From positions 4,960,001-5,024,000 of the forward strand of contig OZ001293.3 in the NCBI GenBank assembly GCA_963921275.4: DNA of 64,000 bases. The letters run 5' to 3'. Source of the DNA: an uncultured Hormoscilla sp. Lineage in GTDB: Bacteria; Cyanobacteriota; Cyanobacteriia; Cyanobacteriales; Desertifilaceae. Position numbers and translations under genes: made by a program. Of the stretch, positions 34,995-47,273 are shown one piece after another. The notes under the pieces are model-generated. The model saw only the letters and a program-made list of their open reading frames with translations, did not search any database and was not told the origin of the DNA. The stretch's first letter is position 1. Every line of letters starts with the position of its first letter.

Positions 34995-36881
34995 ATGAAA
35001 ATTTCGTGGAAAGTAATACTGCTGTGGATATTACCCGCTTTAGTGATCGGGTTCTTTCTGTGGCAGGGAGCCTGGGGCTCCTCTGGAATTGAGATCGGTC
35101 AGAATACTGCCAGTACCCGCATGACCTATGGTCGCTTCTTAGAATATTTGGATAACGATCGCGTGAGAACCGTAGACCTCTATGAGAATGGCAGGACTGC
35201 AATAGTCGCAGCAGTAGATCCCCAGTTAAACAACCAGCTCCTGCAATGGCGCGTGGATCTGCCAGCTAATTCTCCGGAACTGATCTCTAAGCTCAGAGAA
35301 GCAAAAGTCAGCTTTGATATCCACCCCCCTCGCAATGAGGGCGCTATCTGGGGACTGCTGGGGAATCTCATTTTTCCGGTGCTGTTAATAGCTGGGCTGT
35401 TTTTGCTGTTCCGGCGTTCCAGCAACGTGCCTGGTAGCCCAGGCCAAGCAATGAATTTTGCCAAGTCAAAAGCTCGTTTCCAGATGGAAGCGAAAACTGG
35501 CGTGATGTTTGATGATGTCGCCGGTATTGAGGAAGCGAAAGAAGAACTGCAAGAAGTGGTGACGTTCCTGAAAAAGCCCGAACGCTTTACCGCAGTGGGG
35601 GCGCGGATCCCCAAGGGGGTACTCTTGATCGGACCTCCCGGTACTGGGAAAACTCTCTTGGCAAAGGCGATCGCGGGAGAAGCGGGAGTACCGTTCTTCA
35701 GCATCTCGGGTTCGGAATTTGTGGAAATGTTCGTGGGTGTGGGGGCCTCTCGGGTGCGGGACCTGTTCAAGAAAGCGAAAGAAAACGCCCCTTGCATCAT
35801 CTTTATCGATGAAATTGATGCGGTAGGACGCCAGCGGGGTGCTGGCATTGGCGGGGGTAATGACGAACGGGAGCAAACTCTCAACCAACTGCTGACCGAA
35901 ATGGATGGGTTTGAGGGCAATGCCGGGATTATCATTATTGCGGCCACTAACCGACCAGATGTACTAGACTCGGCCTTACTGCGACCGGGTCGCTTCGATC
36001 GCCAGGTAACGGTGGACGCTCCGGATATCAAGGGACGCCTGGAAATCCTGGACGTCCATGCCCGGAATAAAAAGCTGGCTCCCGAAATTTCCCTAAAGAC
36101 GATCGCCCGTCGGACACCGGGATTTACGGGGGCAGATTTGTCCAACTTGCTGAACGAAGCGGCTATTTTAACAGCCCGGCGTCGCAAGGAGGCGATCACC
36201 ATGCTAGAAATCAACGATGCTGTAGACCGAGTAGTAGCAGGGATGGAAGGCACGCCCTTGGTAGACTCGAAGAGCAAGCGCCTGATTGCCTATCACGAAC
36301 TGGGACATGCGATCGTCGGTACTCTGCTGAAAGACCACGATTCAGTACAAAAAGTCACCCTGATTCCGCGCGGTCAAGCTCAAGGGTTAACCTGGTTTAC
36401 TCCCAGCGAAGATCACAGTTTAGTATCCAGGGCCCAGTTGATGGCTCGGATTACCGGTGCTCTGGGGGGTCGTGCCGCCGAAGATGCGGTCTTTGGAGAT
36501 GCAGAAGTCACCACAGGTGCTAGTAATGACCTGCAACAGGTGACCGGAATGGCCCGTCAAATGGTAACTCGTTTCGGCATGTCCGATTTAGGCCCCCTGT
36601 CACTGGAAAGCCAAACGAGTGAAGTATTTTTAGGTCGCGACCTGATGAGTCGATCGGAATATTCTGAAGAGATTGCCTCTCGCATCGACGCTCAAGTCCG
36701 CTCCATTGTCGAGCATTGCTACGACGACGCCAAACGGATTATCCGGGAAAACCGAACTGCGATCGATCGCTTAGTTGATTTGCTCATTGACAAGGAAACC
36801 ATTGACGGCGAAGAATTCCGGCAGATCATGGCCGAGTACGCCATTGTACCGGAGAAGGAGGAGTACGTGCCTCATATTTAA
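34995..36881 (+). CDS. ftsH2: ATP-dependent zinc metalloprotease FtsH (FtsH2 type)
   Basis: [32 protein letters not shown]. Confidence 0.95.
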   Translation: MKISWKVILLWILPALVIGFFLWQGAWGSSGIEIGQNTASTRMTYGRFLEYLDNDRVRTVDLYENGRTAIVAAVDPQLNNQLLQWRVDLPANSPELISKLREAKVSFDIHPPRNEGAIWGLLGNLIFPVLLIAGLFLLFRRSSNVPGSPGQAMNFAKSKARFQMEAKTGVMFDDVAGIEEAKEELQEVVTFLKKPERFTAVGARIPKGVLLIGPPGTGKTLLAKAIAGEAGVPFFSISGSEFVEMFVGVGASRVRDLFKKAKENAPCIIFIDEIDAVGRQRGAGIGGGNDEREQTLNQLLTEMDGFEGNAGIIIIAATNRPDVLDSALLRPGRFDRQVTVDAPDIKGRLEILDVHARNKKLAPEISLKTIARRTPGFTGADLSNLLNEAAILTARRRKEAITMLEINDAVDRVVAGMEGTPLVDSKSKRLIAYHELGHAIVGTLLKDHDSVQKVTLIPRGQAQGLTWFTPSEDHSLVSRAQLMARITGALGGRAAEDAVFGDAEVTTGASNDLQQVTGMARQMVTRFGMSDLGPLSLESQTSEVFLGRDLMSRSEYSEEIASRIDAQVRSIVEHCYDDAKRIIRENRTAIDRLVDLLIDKETIDGEEFRQIMAEYAIVPEKEEYVPHI

Positions 36882-36890
36882 CCCTGAGTC

Positions 36891-36942
36891 GCGATACTGC
36901 TGCGCAGTCGCTGCGCGATACTGCTGCGCAGTCGCTGCGCGA
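36891..36942 (+). repeat. Two tandem 24-bp small dispersed repeat units
   Basis: GCGA-TACTGCTGCGCAGTCGCTGC twice, then GCGA; same unit at 45785-45812. Confidence 0.85.
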
Positions 36943-36944
36943 AC

Positions 36945-37675
36945 GTGGTGGCACCGTCGGATGTGCAGCAACGTCTGCTGATGGTGGAAATTCCCCGGTT
37001 GCAGCAGTGGATGTGTACGCGATGTGCTCGCTTTTGTGCGGGTAGCGCGCCCCGAGCACATCGAACCAAACCAAATAGAACTGGGACGAGTTGGCCTGGT
37101 GCTGATTTCACGGGACTGCTACTGACTACCCCCTCAGCTTGGTTGCAAGACCGCTTGCAAGGACAACAGCGATTTCCCACTGGCATTCCCACAATTCTGG
37201 ACGGGGTGGACGATCTGGAAGCCTGGAGCCGCTGGTGAGGGTTTAACGGTAATTTTGATCGGTGACGTGCCCCTGAAGGCTAAGGTGAGTGCAGTGCTCG
37301 CGGCGGACTTTGGCTCTCGGGAGACTTCCCTGGACGATCGCGGCATTTTAGTGACGGGTTGGGAGTTCTGGCGTCAGCATCAGGCCGCTTTACCTCCTCC
37401 CATGCTCCTGGCGATCGCCACTTTACCCATTCCTTCTCTAGAACACCCTCTGGTAGCTGGTCGCGTCGCTTACTATAAACGCAAACGTAAGGATTGGTTT
37501 CGCCAATACCTGTCAACCTGTGGCTCTCAACGAGTTACAGCGGGCGATCGCCCCAGCACGAGAAAGGCTTGGTATCGTCGCCCTGCTGGATAGCCGCATC
37601 ATCCACCGCAGCTATGGGCAGTCGGTGCTTGCAGCCCTAGGCCCCCTGGCACGGATTAATTACTTAGATGTTAGC
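36945..37675 (+). pseudogene. Fragments of a cyanobacterial DinG-like helicase gene
   Basis: QQRLLMVEIPRLQQW, GIPTILDGVDDLE, GILVTGWEFW, IATLPIPSLEHPLVAGRVAYYK, ALLDSR; no 5' end, internal deletions and frameshifts. Confidence 0.75.
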
Positions 37676-37815
37676 TAGTTTACCCGATCCAATTACTCTG
37701 TTCGGGATTGATTATATTTTACTCCTAAAAAGCCAAAAAATAAAACAAATTGCGGGCACCCAAGTAAAAACGTTATCATCTATCTGTCAGTTATTGTATG
37801 TGATTATTGCTAATC

Positions 37816-38031
37816 ATGGGTGAAGCTAAGCGTCGGAAAGCAGCACTACTAGACAAATACGGTCAAGAACCCACTATTCTTCCCTGGCTGCCGATTACTA
37901 AGAGCCAAGCGGACAAGTTCATGAAATGGACGACCACAGGAGCTTGGATCGGGATTGGAATTATGATCGCAGTTTGGGTAACAGTGCGATTCATTGGTCC
38001 TGGGTTAGGTTGGTGGGAAGTTAATTTCTGA
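37816..38031 (+). CDS. DUF2839-type small membrane protein
   Basis: MGEAKRRK...WVTVRFIGPGLGWW. Confidence 0.85.
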   Translation: MGEAKRRKAALLDKYGQEPTILPWLPITKSQADKFMKWTTTGAWIGIGIMIAVWVTVRFIGPGLGWWEVNF

Positions 38032-38340
38032 GAAGTATTTTCCTGAGCCCGCTGTTGCTTCAACTCCTGGCGGTTCGACGAAGCTCACCGCAAGCGGAGA
38101 AGAAGCAACCGCCACCCCACTGTTATTTATAGGCCATGAGTGATTGTCGTGCTTTATACCTTTGCTTATGAGATAGATTAGCTATGCTAATGCATAGGAT
38201 GTGGCAGTTAATCATTAGATTTTGTAAACTTAATGTTCGGGCAACATCCTATACCTGACGCTTAGGAGGTGTAATTATTAATAAATCTGAAATTATACTC
38301 GACATATCAAAAATCATGTGGTAACAGGAGGAAAAAAAAA

Positions 38341-38694
38341 GTGTTCATCAGACTGGCAGAGCAACACCGGCAATTTGTGCAAGACCTAGTGATGAGCTTG
38401 CAAGCTCTGGCGATCGTGCTGGAGCGTAGGGGATACTTGGCATCTTGCTATACTTGCGGAGGTCAAATGAACAGTGCTTCGTTTATGGTCAGCCTGGGAA
38501 ATAATCATCTGATTAGATTTTTAGTATCCGACTATGGCATCACCTGGACGGAAATGCGGGACGATCGGGAACTGATGAAGCTCGAAGGTGCAGAGGCAAT
38601 TAGTCAGTTGCAGGAGTTGGCGAATTTAATTAAATTCCCCACCCAACTGACCAAAAAAGAGGAGGCCCATGCTGCTGTTGAGTTAATATCTTGA
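38341..38694 (+). CDS. DUF1815-type protein
   Basis: MFIRLAEQHRQFVQDLVMSLQALA...ASCYTC...IRFLVSDYGITWTE; AGGAGG upstream. Confidence 0.85.
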   Translation: MFIRLAEQHRQFVQDLVMSLQALAIVLERRGYLASCYTCGGQMNSASFMVSLGNNHLIRFLVSDYGITWTEMRDDRELMKLEGAEAISQLQELANLIKFPTQLTKKEEAHAAVELIS

Positions 38695-38871
38695 TAGGTT
38701 TGTCCGACAAGTCCCTTAACAGCGGCAACTGATGTGACAGCCGAATACTGGCGGGTACATCTCAACAAGGCAGGGGCGAAGCATTCTGTAAGATTGCTTA
38801 TAGCTTTTCTTACGTTTACTGTCAGAATGCTTCGCCCCTACTATTTGCAAAACCTCATCACTGATTGGTTG

Positions 38872-39981
38872 CTAGAGTTCTAATTCCACTGGCTCTTCAA
38901 CTAACTCTTCTTCTGATTCCATGTCTTCTATCGGTTCTGGGGTTCCTGGAATTCCCCGCAGTTCTCCCATATCCAACTGTTGACGCACCTGTTTTTCAAT
39001 GTCTTGAGTAAATTCCGGGTTTTCTTCCATGTATTTGATGGTATTGTCCCGACCCTGACCGATGTTATCGCCATTGTAGCTATACCAGGAGCCCTTCTTG
39101 GTAATTATGCCAATTTCTTCTGCCAGATCCAGGATACAGCCGAGAGTGGAAATGCCTTTGCCGAAAATGATATCAAATTCAGCGATCCGGAAGGGCGGAG
39201 CCACTTTGTTCTTGGCGACTTTGACTTTGGCCCGGATGCCGTACTCTTCAGAACCCTTTTTCAAGGTTTGAGTGCGGCGAATATCCAGTCGCACTGAGCA
39301 ATAGAATTTGAGGGCGTTGCCTCCTGTTGTTGTTTCTGGACTGCCGTAAATGACGCCGATTTTTTGACGCAACTGGTTGAGGAATATGACCGTGCAGCCG
39401 GATTTGCCAATGTTACCGGTGATTTTCCGTAGGGCTTGGCTCATTAAACGCGCTTGGGCACCCATCGGCGCGTCCCCCATGTCCCCTTCTATTTCTGACC
39501 TCGGCACTAGGGCTGCTACTGAGTCTACCACCACGATGTCTACGGCGGACGATCGCACGAGCTGATCCACCACTTCCAAGGCCATTTCACCGGTATCCGG
39601 TTGGGAAACTAGGAGGTTGGCAATGTCCACTCCTAATGTCGCAGAGTAGGTGGGGTCCAGGGCGTGTTCTGCATCCACGAAGGCAGCGATCCCGCCAGTC
39701 TTTTGCACTTCCGCGATCGCGTGCAGTGCGAGGGTGGTTTTACCGGAACTTTCTGGGCCATAGATTTCAATCACCCGACCTTTGGGCAACCCACCCCCCA
39801 AGGCCAAGTCCAGCGTGAGAGCACCGCTAGGAATGGTTTCCACTTTCATGCGTCCGGCGTCTCCCAGGCGCATAATGGCCCCTTTGCCAAAGTCCTTCTC
39901 AATCTTGTTGAGGACCATCTTCAGGGCCTTTTCTTTCTCGGGATTATCAATGGTTTGTTGCGCGGCCATTTTCTTACTCAT
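38872..39981 (-). CDS. recA: Recombinase A
   Basis: [35 protein letters not shown]; no intein or intron visible. Confidence 0.98.
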   Translation of the reverse strand: MSKKMAAQQTIDNPEKEKALKMVLNKIEKDFGKGAIMRLGDAGRMKVETIPSGALTLDLALGGGLPKGRVIEIYGPESSGKTTLALHAIAEVQKTGGIAAFVDAEHALDPTYSATLGVDIANLLVSQPDTGEMALEVVDQLVRSSAVDIVVVDSVAALVPRSEIEGDMGDAPMGAQARLMSQALRKITGNIGKSGCTVIFLNQLRQKIGVIYGSPETTTGGNALKFYCSVRLDIRRTQTLKKGSEEYGIRAKVKVAKNKVAPPFRIAEFDIIFGKGISTLGCILDLAEEIGIITKKGSWYSYNGDNIGQGRDNTIKYMEENPEFTQDIEKQVRQQLDMGELRGIPGTPEPIEDMESEEELVEEPVELEL

Positions 39982-40402
39982 TAGGTATTTCTTGCTAAAT
40001 GTATTCTTAGGACAAGTCTATTTTTGGGTCTGGAAGTCTCCATTTTAGACTGTTCCCGCTGTGGGCGACTGTCCACTTGATTTAATTTAACACATGTTGA
40101 CTTAATCATCAACTTAATCTTCGATCTAATTTTGAAACCAAAGCCTTGGGGTTAATTTTATTGCACAAATCATCAATGAATGGTAAAATTGCGGAAACTG
40201 CGAGAAAATTGGTTCGAGTGCTGGTGGTGGGTCAGGAAACTGCCGGTAGTATAACAGGGGAAAGGGGCGATCAAGCATTGACAGGACCGGCAGCGGGGGG
40301 TAAGATCGCTTAAAGCGATCACGAATGGACAGCATTTAATTAAATGCTAAGATAATCCTATCAGTTTGTTACTGAAAGTTCGCATCACTTAATCAATGAA
40401 CT

Positions 40403-41644
40403 ATGATCGAAAAAGACCATTCTCCTAAATCAGTCCCCCGCATTGAATATCTGAAGGTAAAAAATTATCGTGCCCTGCGGGACTTAGAACTAAAGAATAT
40501 TACACCGTTAACAGTGCTTCTCGGTCCGAATGGCAGTGGCAAGTCCACCATCTTCGATATGTTTGCCTTCCTGTCAGAGTGTTTTTCTGTGGGGTTGCGA
40601 AAAGCCTGGGACAAACGCGGCAAGTTCAGGGAACTGCGCAGCCGTGGTGCTGAAGGGCCAATTGTAATAGAGTTGAAATATCGCGAAACGCCCGAACAAC
40701 CGATAATTACCTATCATTTAGCTATTGATGAAAACGGCAAAGGACCATACGTCGCGGAAGAGTGGCTGCAATGGAGAAGAGGACAAAGAGGGAAGCCATT
40801 CCGGTTTCTTAATTTCAAAGAAGGTGCCGGACAAGTTGTCACTGGCGAGATGCCAGATGAACAGGATGAGAGAATTGAGGAACAGCTAGATTCTTCAGAA
40901 ATGTTGGCAGTCAATACTCTGGGTCAATTTGCTAAGCACCCCCGCGTCAGCGCCCTCCGTCGCTTCATCACTAGCTGGTATTTGTCCTACCTCACCGCTG
41001 ATAATACGCGCAGTCTTCCGGAAGCCGGACCGCAAGAACGGTTATCAGCCACTGGCGACAACCTACCCAACGTGATTCAATACCTCAAAGAACAATACCC
41101 TGATAGACTAGAGCGGATTCTGCAAATCCTATCCCAAAGGGTGCCCCGACTGGAGAAAGTTGAAGCGGAAATGATGCGGGATGGACGGTTGTTATTGCAG
41201 ATTAAAGATGCCCCATTTCCCCAGCCAATTCTCGCCAAGTTTGCCTCAGACGGGACTCTCAAAATGCTGGTATACCTGACGGTTCTTTATGACCCAGAAC
41301 CGCCACAACTCGTCGGCATTGAGGAACCAGAAAATCATCTGCATCCCCGCTTGTTACCAGAACTAGGAGAGGAATGTAGGTTAGGATCTGCCAAGACCCA
41401 ATTGATGGTAACGACTCATTCTCCCTTCTTTATCAATGGTCTCAGATCAGAAGAACTGTGGGTACTGTATCGAGATGAAGAAGGTTATACCCGAGCGAGG
41501 CGAACTGCTGATATGCAAGGCGTTAAGGAATTTCTGGAACATGGTGCCCTCTTAGGAAATCTGTGGATGGAAGATTTCTTTGAAGTTGGCAATCCTCTGG
41601 TGAATACTGGTGGTCCAAAAACTAGAGGCAAGGGCAAGAAATAG
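40403..41644 (+). CDS. AAA_21/ABC-type ATPase
   Basis: [29 protein letters not shown]. Confidence 0.9.
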   Translation: MIEKDHSPKSVPRIEYLKVKNYRALRDLELKNITPLTVLLGPNGSGKSTIFDMFAFLSECFSVGLRKAWDKRGKFRELRSRGAEGPIVIELKYRETPEQPIITYHLAIDENGKGPYVAEEWLQWRRGQRGKPFRFLNFKEGAGQVVTGEMPDEQDERIEEQLDSSEMLAVNTLGQFAKHPRVSALRRFITSWYLSYLTADNTRSLPEAGPQERLSATGDNLPNVIQYLKEQYPDRLERILQILSQRVPRLEKVEAEMMRDGRLLLQIKDAPFPQPILAKFASDGTLKMLVYLTVLYDPEPPQLVGIEEPENHLHPRLLPELGEECRLGSAKTQLMVTTHSPFFINGLRSEELWVLYRDEEGYTRARRTADMQGVKEFLEHGALLGNLWMEDFFEVGNPLVNTGGPKTRGKGKK

Positions 41645-41665
41645 TTAACAGCGGAATAAGGAATA

Positions 41666-42286
41666 ATGCACTTTTAATTTTTAGTCGAGGAAATATCTCT
41701 TCAGGTTGCCTTAGACAACCTTTTACCGTCAATATTAAGGGAAGACATAACCTTTAATATTCATCCTTATCAAGGCAAAAATGATCTGCTATTTAAATTG
41801 CCCGATCGCTTTAAAGGTTATAAGCAGTGGTTGCAGTGGTTGCTAGATGATTTCCGCATTGTAGTTCTAATTGACGAAGACCGAGAAGATTGTATCAAAC
41901 TCAAGCAGAAATTGGAGGACATAGCGGTTGATGTTGGCTTAGTAACTAAGACAGCAGCGGGGACAGATCGACCCTTTCAAGTCTTGAACAGATTGGTAAT
42001 TGAAGAATTAGAGGCATGGTTTTTTGGGGATGTAGAAGCTATTTGTGCAGCCTACCCACGCATTTCACCTAGTCTAGCACAGCAGGCGAAGTATCGCAAC
42101 CCTGATGCAGTTAAAGGTGGTACTTGGGAAGCACTGGAACGAGAACTGAAGAAAAAAGGTTATCATCCTGGTGGTTTGAACAAGCTAATGGCTGCGCGGG
42201 AAATCTCCCAACATATGAACCCGGAACGTAACAGTTCTCATAGTTTTCAGGTCTTCCGGGATGCCTTGTTGCGGATGGGAAAGTGA
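41666..42286 (+). pseudogene. DUF4276-type (TOPRIM-like) partner protein, nonsense at codon 4
   Basis: ATG CAC TTT TAA TTT TTA GTC GAG GAA (MHF*FLVEE), same frame as the 41798-42286 ORF with VLIDED, EELEAWFFGD, NSSHSF. Confidence 0.85.
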
Positions 42287-42400
42287 GCGATCGCCTCCTT
42301 AAATTTGCTGACAAAAAATATTTTGGCGACAATCTGATTTTGCCAATTTCAATCTATCATACATCGAAAAAATGGTATGCCGGGGTTATGGGTACTCCTC

Positions 42401-42646
42401 CAATACTTCTCAACTAATAACTTGTCATTGCGAGGGGGCTCAATCACGAGCATTCTTCCGATCGCGCAGCGTGGCGCAGCCATTCCCCGCGCTTAATCCT
42501 CCCCCGGAACGCGCAGCGGCCCGACGCCAGGAGGGCTAGCAATCTCACCGACGACGCCAAAGCACTCTTCCTCTCATACGGGGCGGGGGATTGCTTCGGG
42601 GGGGGTTAACTCAATGACAACCTATATCCTTAACCGAGAGGTATTG
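42401..42646. mobile_element. MITE with IS4-like ends
   Basis: TIR CAATAC(T/C)TCTC..TAA; perfect 10-bp TSD GGTACTCCTC (42391-42400, 42647-42656); internal TTGTCATTG...CAATGACAA palindrome. Confidence 0.8.
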
Positions 42647-42991
42647 GGTACTCCTCGACTTGGACTAAGAAACCCGGTTTCTGGGTACTCGAATGCAAGG
42701 ACTACAATTATAGATAAAGTGTCTTTACTCGATCGCAGTCCGATACCCAGTGGGCGACGCCGGAACCCTAGGTGAAATCTCCCCCAGGAAAGACCCTTGC
42801 ATTTCTACAGGAGGATATCTTAGATTTTATAATAACATAAATTTAGCAATTTTCAACCCTATTTTAATATTTTTTTCACCGGGTTACTGACGCTGAAAAG
42901 CTATTTTTGCGCACCTGTATAAAGGCGATCGGGAGCATTTCACTTTGCGGTCAAACCAGTTGGGTTTTGAAAAGGTTTAATTGCGGACTAT

Positions 42992-43335
42992 TTCACCGGT
43001 TATTCAGGATTTATTCTCTACTAATTCAACTACTTTCGCACCCACGGCTTTTTTAACATCATAATATGCACTGATAATTTGATGATACGCTGGCGCTGTG
43101 CCCCTACATTTAATTTGCCTCCCGCATATCGGGTGGGAAACCTGGTCCTTTCACACAGTTCTTCTTCACCGGTTATTCAGGATTTATTCTCTACTAATTC
43201 AACTACTTTCGCACCCACGGCTTTTTTAACATCATAATATGCACCGATAATTTGATGATACGCTGGCGCTGTGCCCCTACATTTAATTTGCCTCCCGCAT
43301 ATCGGGTGGGAAACCTGGTCCTTTCACACAGTTCA
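42992..43335. repeat. Tandem duplication, 2 x about 173 bp
   Basis: TTCACCGGTTATTCAGGATTTATTC at 42992 and 43165. Confidence 0.9.
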
Positions 43336-44456
43336 TTAACGATCGGATATCGAACCCAGTATCGCCCTTGGGTTGAGGCACTAAACCAACCTACAATTTC
43401 CCACTATCGCCGATCCTGTTGGCAGGTAACGGCGCAATTCTCACTAGAAAGGTAGAGACGCTAACCCTTGCATCTCTACAGAATTTCCTTTGCTTGTTCC
43501 TATTATTATTATAACCTAATTTCTGAGGTTTGTGCTTTTTTCTGGATGATTTCTTTCCTTTCCTGGCCGTTGGGTGGCATCACTATAAAAATTTCATCGA
43601 AACGTCCCGCCCGAAATAACTCTGGCGGCAGTTTGTCTCTGTCGTTCGATGTGGCGATGAAAAATATCGGATAGTTGTGGTCGTTTAGCCAGGAGAGAAA
43701 TGTGCCAAATTGCCTCGTTGTTACCCCGCTGCTGTCTCCCCCTACTCCCGAAAAGGCTTTCTCGATCTCGTCCATGAATAATATGTTCGGCGCTGATGCT
43801 TCGATCGCTCTTAAGGCTTGATAGGTGTTACTTTCTGATTCTCCTACCCATTTTGATTGCAACCTCGATATTTCAAAGTTGATTTGCGGTACCCGCCATT
43901 CTTGCGCGATCGCCCTGGCGATAAAGGATTTCCCACAGCCGGGAAATCCTTCTAGCAGGATGGCTCGCGGGCGCATGAATGGAGCAACTTCAGTTAGTTG
44001 CAAAGCATCCCGTACCGTTTGGGCATCTAAGAGGTCTTGAGAGATTAAAGCCTCATACTCCGATCGCACGCCAGGAAGTCGGGACCTAAGGGCAGCAACC
44101 TGGCGTTGTTCATCCATTGCTACCGCCTTAATAGCATTATCTGAAGTTCCAGAACCCATCGCCGAAGATTTGGTTTGTGGGGGCAAAGAAACAGAAACCC
44201 TTGCGGGACCAGAACTAGAACGAACCCGGGCCCTCACCTGGGCAATGCGCTGCTGAATTTCCCGTTCCCGTCGTTCAGCAGCCTCCCGTTCCCGGCGCAG
44301 GCGGTCCTGGTAAGATTGCACCGCTTTCACCCCCAAATGGGCGATCGTTCCCGCCGCCCCCACCACCGCACCGGTAGCCAGGATGACCCCTACTGCTGGG
44401 GCGATCGCCGCCCCTACTGCTGCACCGGCAACAGACATTGATTTTGAACCACTCAT
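43000..44456 (-). pseudogene. Chimeric or decayed AAA+ ATPase (unrelated N-terminus fused to an AAA core, broken tail)
   Basis: GFPGCGKS, WVGESE, FMDEIEK, RAGRFDE begin abruptly after a Gly/Ala-rich and coiled-coil N-terminus; premature stop at 43509. Confidence 0.65.
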
Positions 44457-44646
44457 CTGGCCATATCTCCTTTACTTTCTCAACGACTAACTACGATCGA
44501 ATAGCACCGGTCATTTATCCCTGCTCCTTGGTCAAAACCAGTCGGCCTCCCCTTCTGTGTCCCCCGGTGCAGTTTAGGGGAACGAGTGCTCCTTGTGCTT
44601 AACGCGGTGGAGTTGTACTTAATGCGCACGGGTCACTATAGTCTGC

Positions 44647-44830
44647 CCATAGGTCACTACTCAACGCGCCCATGTGCAATTTTAACGCGCAGGGGTGCAA
44701 ACTTAACCCAACCCAGGTGGAGCGACAACGGGCACGGGTCGCTACTCAACGCGCAGGGGTGGATATCTAACGCCGACCCTTGACTACCCAACGCCGATCC
44801 TTGACTACCCAACGCCGACCCTTGAACCCA
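44647..44830. repeat. Degenerate 21-bp/7-bp tandem repeats
   Basis: (CTTGACTACCCAACGCCGA(C/T)C)n and AACGCGCAGGGGTG units. Confidence 0.7.
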
Positions 44831-44959
44831 GCGATCGCCAGTACTACGCGAGTACAGTATAAATTTTAGTATATTTACGGCTGACATGTCTAAATAAAAG
44901 GCGTTATAGTAAAACTGTATCTGAACGGTAGGCCTAGACTGAACAGTCTCGGCTTTTTC

Positions 44960-45095
44960 TGCCGGTTTTAAAGAATGAATGCCCCAGTGTTCCGAACTTA
45001 CATAAAATATAATTTCCTGACTCGCACGATCGGATACTGCTTTATGTATAATGGTCACATTTTGACTATTACGCAAATTATTTTTAAGCTGGGTT
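44960..45095 (-). pseudogene. Possible FkbM-type methyltransferase fragment
   Basis: NVTIIHKAVSD...FYVS...HSL pattern only. Confidence 0.35.
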
Positions 45096-45452
45096 CCGAT
45101 ACGAAACTGGTAGGTCAGATGCAGCCCTATTATGAAGCCAAAACCAGGGGAAAACAGCAGCTAGGGGATACCCAACGCAGACGAGTCATTGTGTCGAACG
45201 CAGTTTATCGGCCCTAACCCAATCTATTCTACTCACAGCCTTCCCACCTTGTCAACCCCGGCGGGTGTGGTCATGCGTCAGTTGGTTGTTGTTGCCCAAA
45301 CCCGCGAATGGTGGGTCGATATATCAGGAGTAGTGCGTAAAGTGCGAGCTGTCCCTGGGCTTTGTGTACATCTCACTTTGGCTGCGGGGAGGGTTTCATC
45401 AGTAGTCCAGAAACCCGGGTTTTACAGAAAACCGGGTTTCTTAATTTGATGA

Positions 45453-45481
45453 TTGCAATTGAACGGGCAGGATGGTATGCT
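45453..45481 (+). promoter_or_regulatory. Putative sigma70 promoter
   Basis: TTGCAA-N17-TATGCT with extended TG, 25 nt before ATG 45507. Confidence 0.5.
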
Positions 45482-45506
45482 AATAATTGATGTGACACGG
45501 TGAGTT

Positions 45507-47273
45507 ATGGCAAGTAGAGAGAGTTTACGCCAATTGCTGCGAAATCTTGATAATCGCGGCTACAAAGCTTATAAAGAAATTCAGGGACGCTACCAGTTCC
45601 CGGAGTTTACCCTGATAATTGATTGGGTGCAAGCTGACCCCTTTGCTGCCCCGAGTCACTTACTGGTCCAGTTGCCTCATGCGATCGCGGGTTTCCCTCC
45701 TCAATTATATCAGACCCGATCGCGCCAAGTGGCCCTGCGCGATCGCCTCACCCGCGAGTTCGATCTGGTGGCACGGAATATTAGCGATACTGCTGCGCAG
45801 TCGCTGCGCGAAGGGCGAGGGACTGGCAACAGTGGTTTAATTAGCATTGCCAATACCGGGCAAGAAGTGATCGATCGCACGTCGGTGTTAATTACAGATA
45901 AATTTGTGGAGGTGCGGTTTTTTATGGGATTACCGGCCAGCGGTCGCCGGATTTTGGGCTATCAAGCTGTCCAGATGCTATGCGACGATCTGCCGGAAAT
46001 TGTGGACAAAGCTCTCAAATATGGTAATTTGAATCATAAGGAGATCGGGCGTCACGTGGAAACGGCGGAAGATGCTGATTGGCTGCGATCGCAGTTAACA
46101 TCACGAGGACTGGTTGCTTTTGTAGCAGATGGGGCGATTTTGCCCCGGCGGAGTGGGGTAGATCCGCGCCCTCTTGCTGCTGATGCTATCAGTTTCAAGT
46201 CACCAGATTCCCTGCGAGTTGAGTTTAATTGTCCCAATCGGGGTACGATTACCGGAATGGGGATCCCTGTGGGGATAACTTTAATCGTGGGTGGGGGCTA
46301 TCATGGCAAGTCTACCTTATTGAGAGCGATCGAATTAGGGGTTTACAATCACATCCCTGGTGATGGACGGGAGTTTGTGGTCACAAATTCGGCAGCGGTG
46401 AAAATTCGGGCTGAAGATGGACGCAGTGTGGCCGGGGTAGATATTTCGCCTTTTATCAATCATCTGCCCCAGTCCCGCCAAACAACAAATTTCTCTACTA
46501 CCAATGCTAGCGGGAGTACCTCACAAGCGGCCAATATTATTGAGGCTTTGGAAGCCGGTGCTGGGGTGCTGCTGGTGGATGAGGATACGGCGGCAACTAA
46601 TTTTATGATTCGCGATCGCCGGATGCAAGCCCTGATCGCTAAGGACAAAGAACCTATTACTCCCTTTATCGATAAGGTGGGTCAGTTGTCACGAGATGCA
46701 GGGGTGTCAACGATTATGGTAATGGGAGGTAGTGGGGATTATTTTGATGTGGCAGATACAGCGATCGCCATGGATAATTTTCAACCCCAGGAGGTGACGG
46801 CCCAGGCGAAGGCGATCGCGCGGGAATATGCGACCTCGCGGACGGCGGAAGGAGGTAAGTCCTTTGGCAAGATTACAGCCCGAGTGCCCTTATCGGAAAG
46901 TTTAGACCCTAGCATAGGGAATAAATCGGTGAAATTGAAAGTCCGAGATGTGGATGGGGTAGTGTTTGGCAATGAGAATATAGATTTGTCGGCGGTAGAA
47001 CAGATCGTAGAGGTGGGACAGTTGCGAGCGATCGCGGAGGCAATCGTATATGCTAAGGAGAAATATCTGGATGGAAAACATACGGTGGCCCAGATGCTAG
47101 ATGGGACGATCGCAGACATTTCCAAAGGTGGTTTGGATGTGCTGACGCGGTTTCCTACCCTGTCTCCTGGGAGCACTACCCAAAAGGCACGGCAAGGAGA
47201 TTTAGCGGAGTTCCGCCGCTTTGAGTTAGCTGCTGCTATTAACCGCCTGCGCACTCTGGAGGTCAAGTCTTAA
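45507..47273 (+). CDS. ABC-ATPase domain protein (ABC_ATPase family)
   Basis: VQADPFAAPS, GGGYHGKST, NASGSTSQAA, VDEDTAATNFMIRD, GGSGDY. Confidence 0.92.
   Translation: MASRESLRQLLRNLDNRGYKAYKEIQGRYQFPEFTLIIDWVQADPFAAPSHLLVQLPHAIAGFPPQLYQTRSRQVALRDRLTREFDLVARNISDTAAQSLREGRGTGNSGLISIANTGQEVIDRTSVLITDKFVEVRFFMGLPASGRRILGYQAVQMLCDDLPEIVDKALKYGNLNHKEIGRHVETAEDADWLRSQLTSRGLVAFVADGAILPRRSGVDPRPLAADAISFKSPDSLRVEFNCPNRGTITGMGIPVGITLIVGGGYHGKSTLLRAIELGVYNHIPGDGREFVVTNSAAVKIRAEDGRSVAGVDISPFINHLPQSRQTTNFSTTNASGSTSQAANIIEALEAGAGVLLVDEDTAATNFMIRDRRMQALIAKDKEPITPFIDKVGQLSRDAGVSTIMVMGGSGDYFDVADTAIAMDNFQPQEVTAQAKAIAREYATSRTAEGGKSFGKITARVPLSESLDPSIGNKSVKLKVRDVDGVVFGNENIDLSAVEQIVEVGQLRAIAEAIVYAKEKYLDGKHTVAQMLDGTIADISKGGLDVLTRFPTLSPGSTTQKARQGDLAEFRRFELAAAINRLRTLEVKS

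Noticed and set aside
35180..36277. 365-aa antisense ORF within ftsH2, and the similar 292-aa ORF antisense to leuA
   Set aside because: Typical antisense shadows of conserved genes, with no recognisable motifs.
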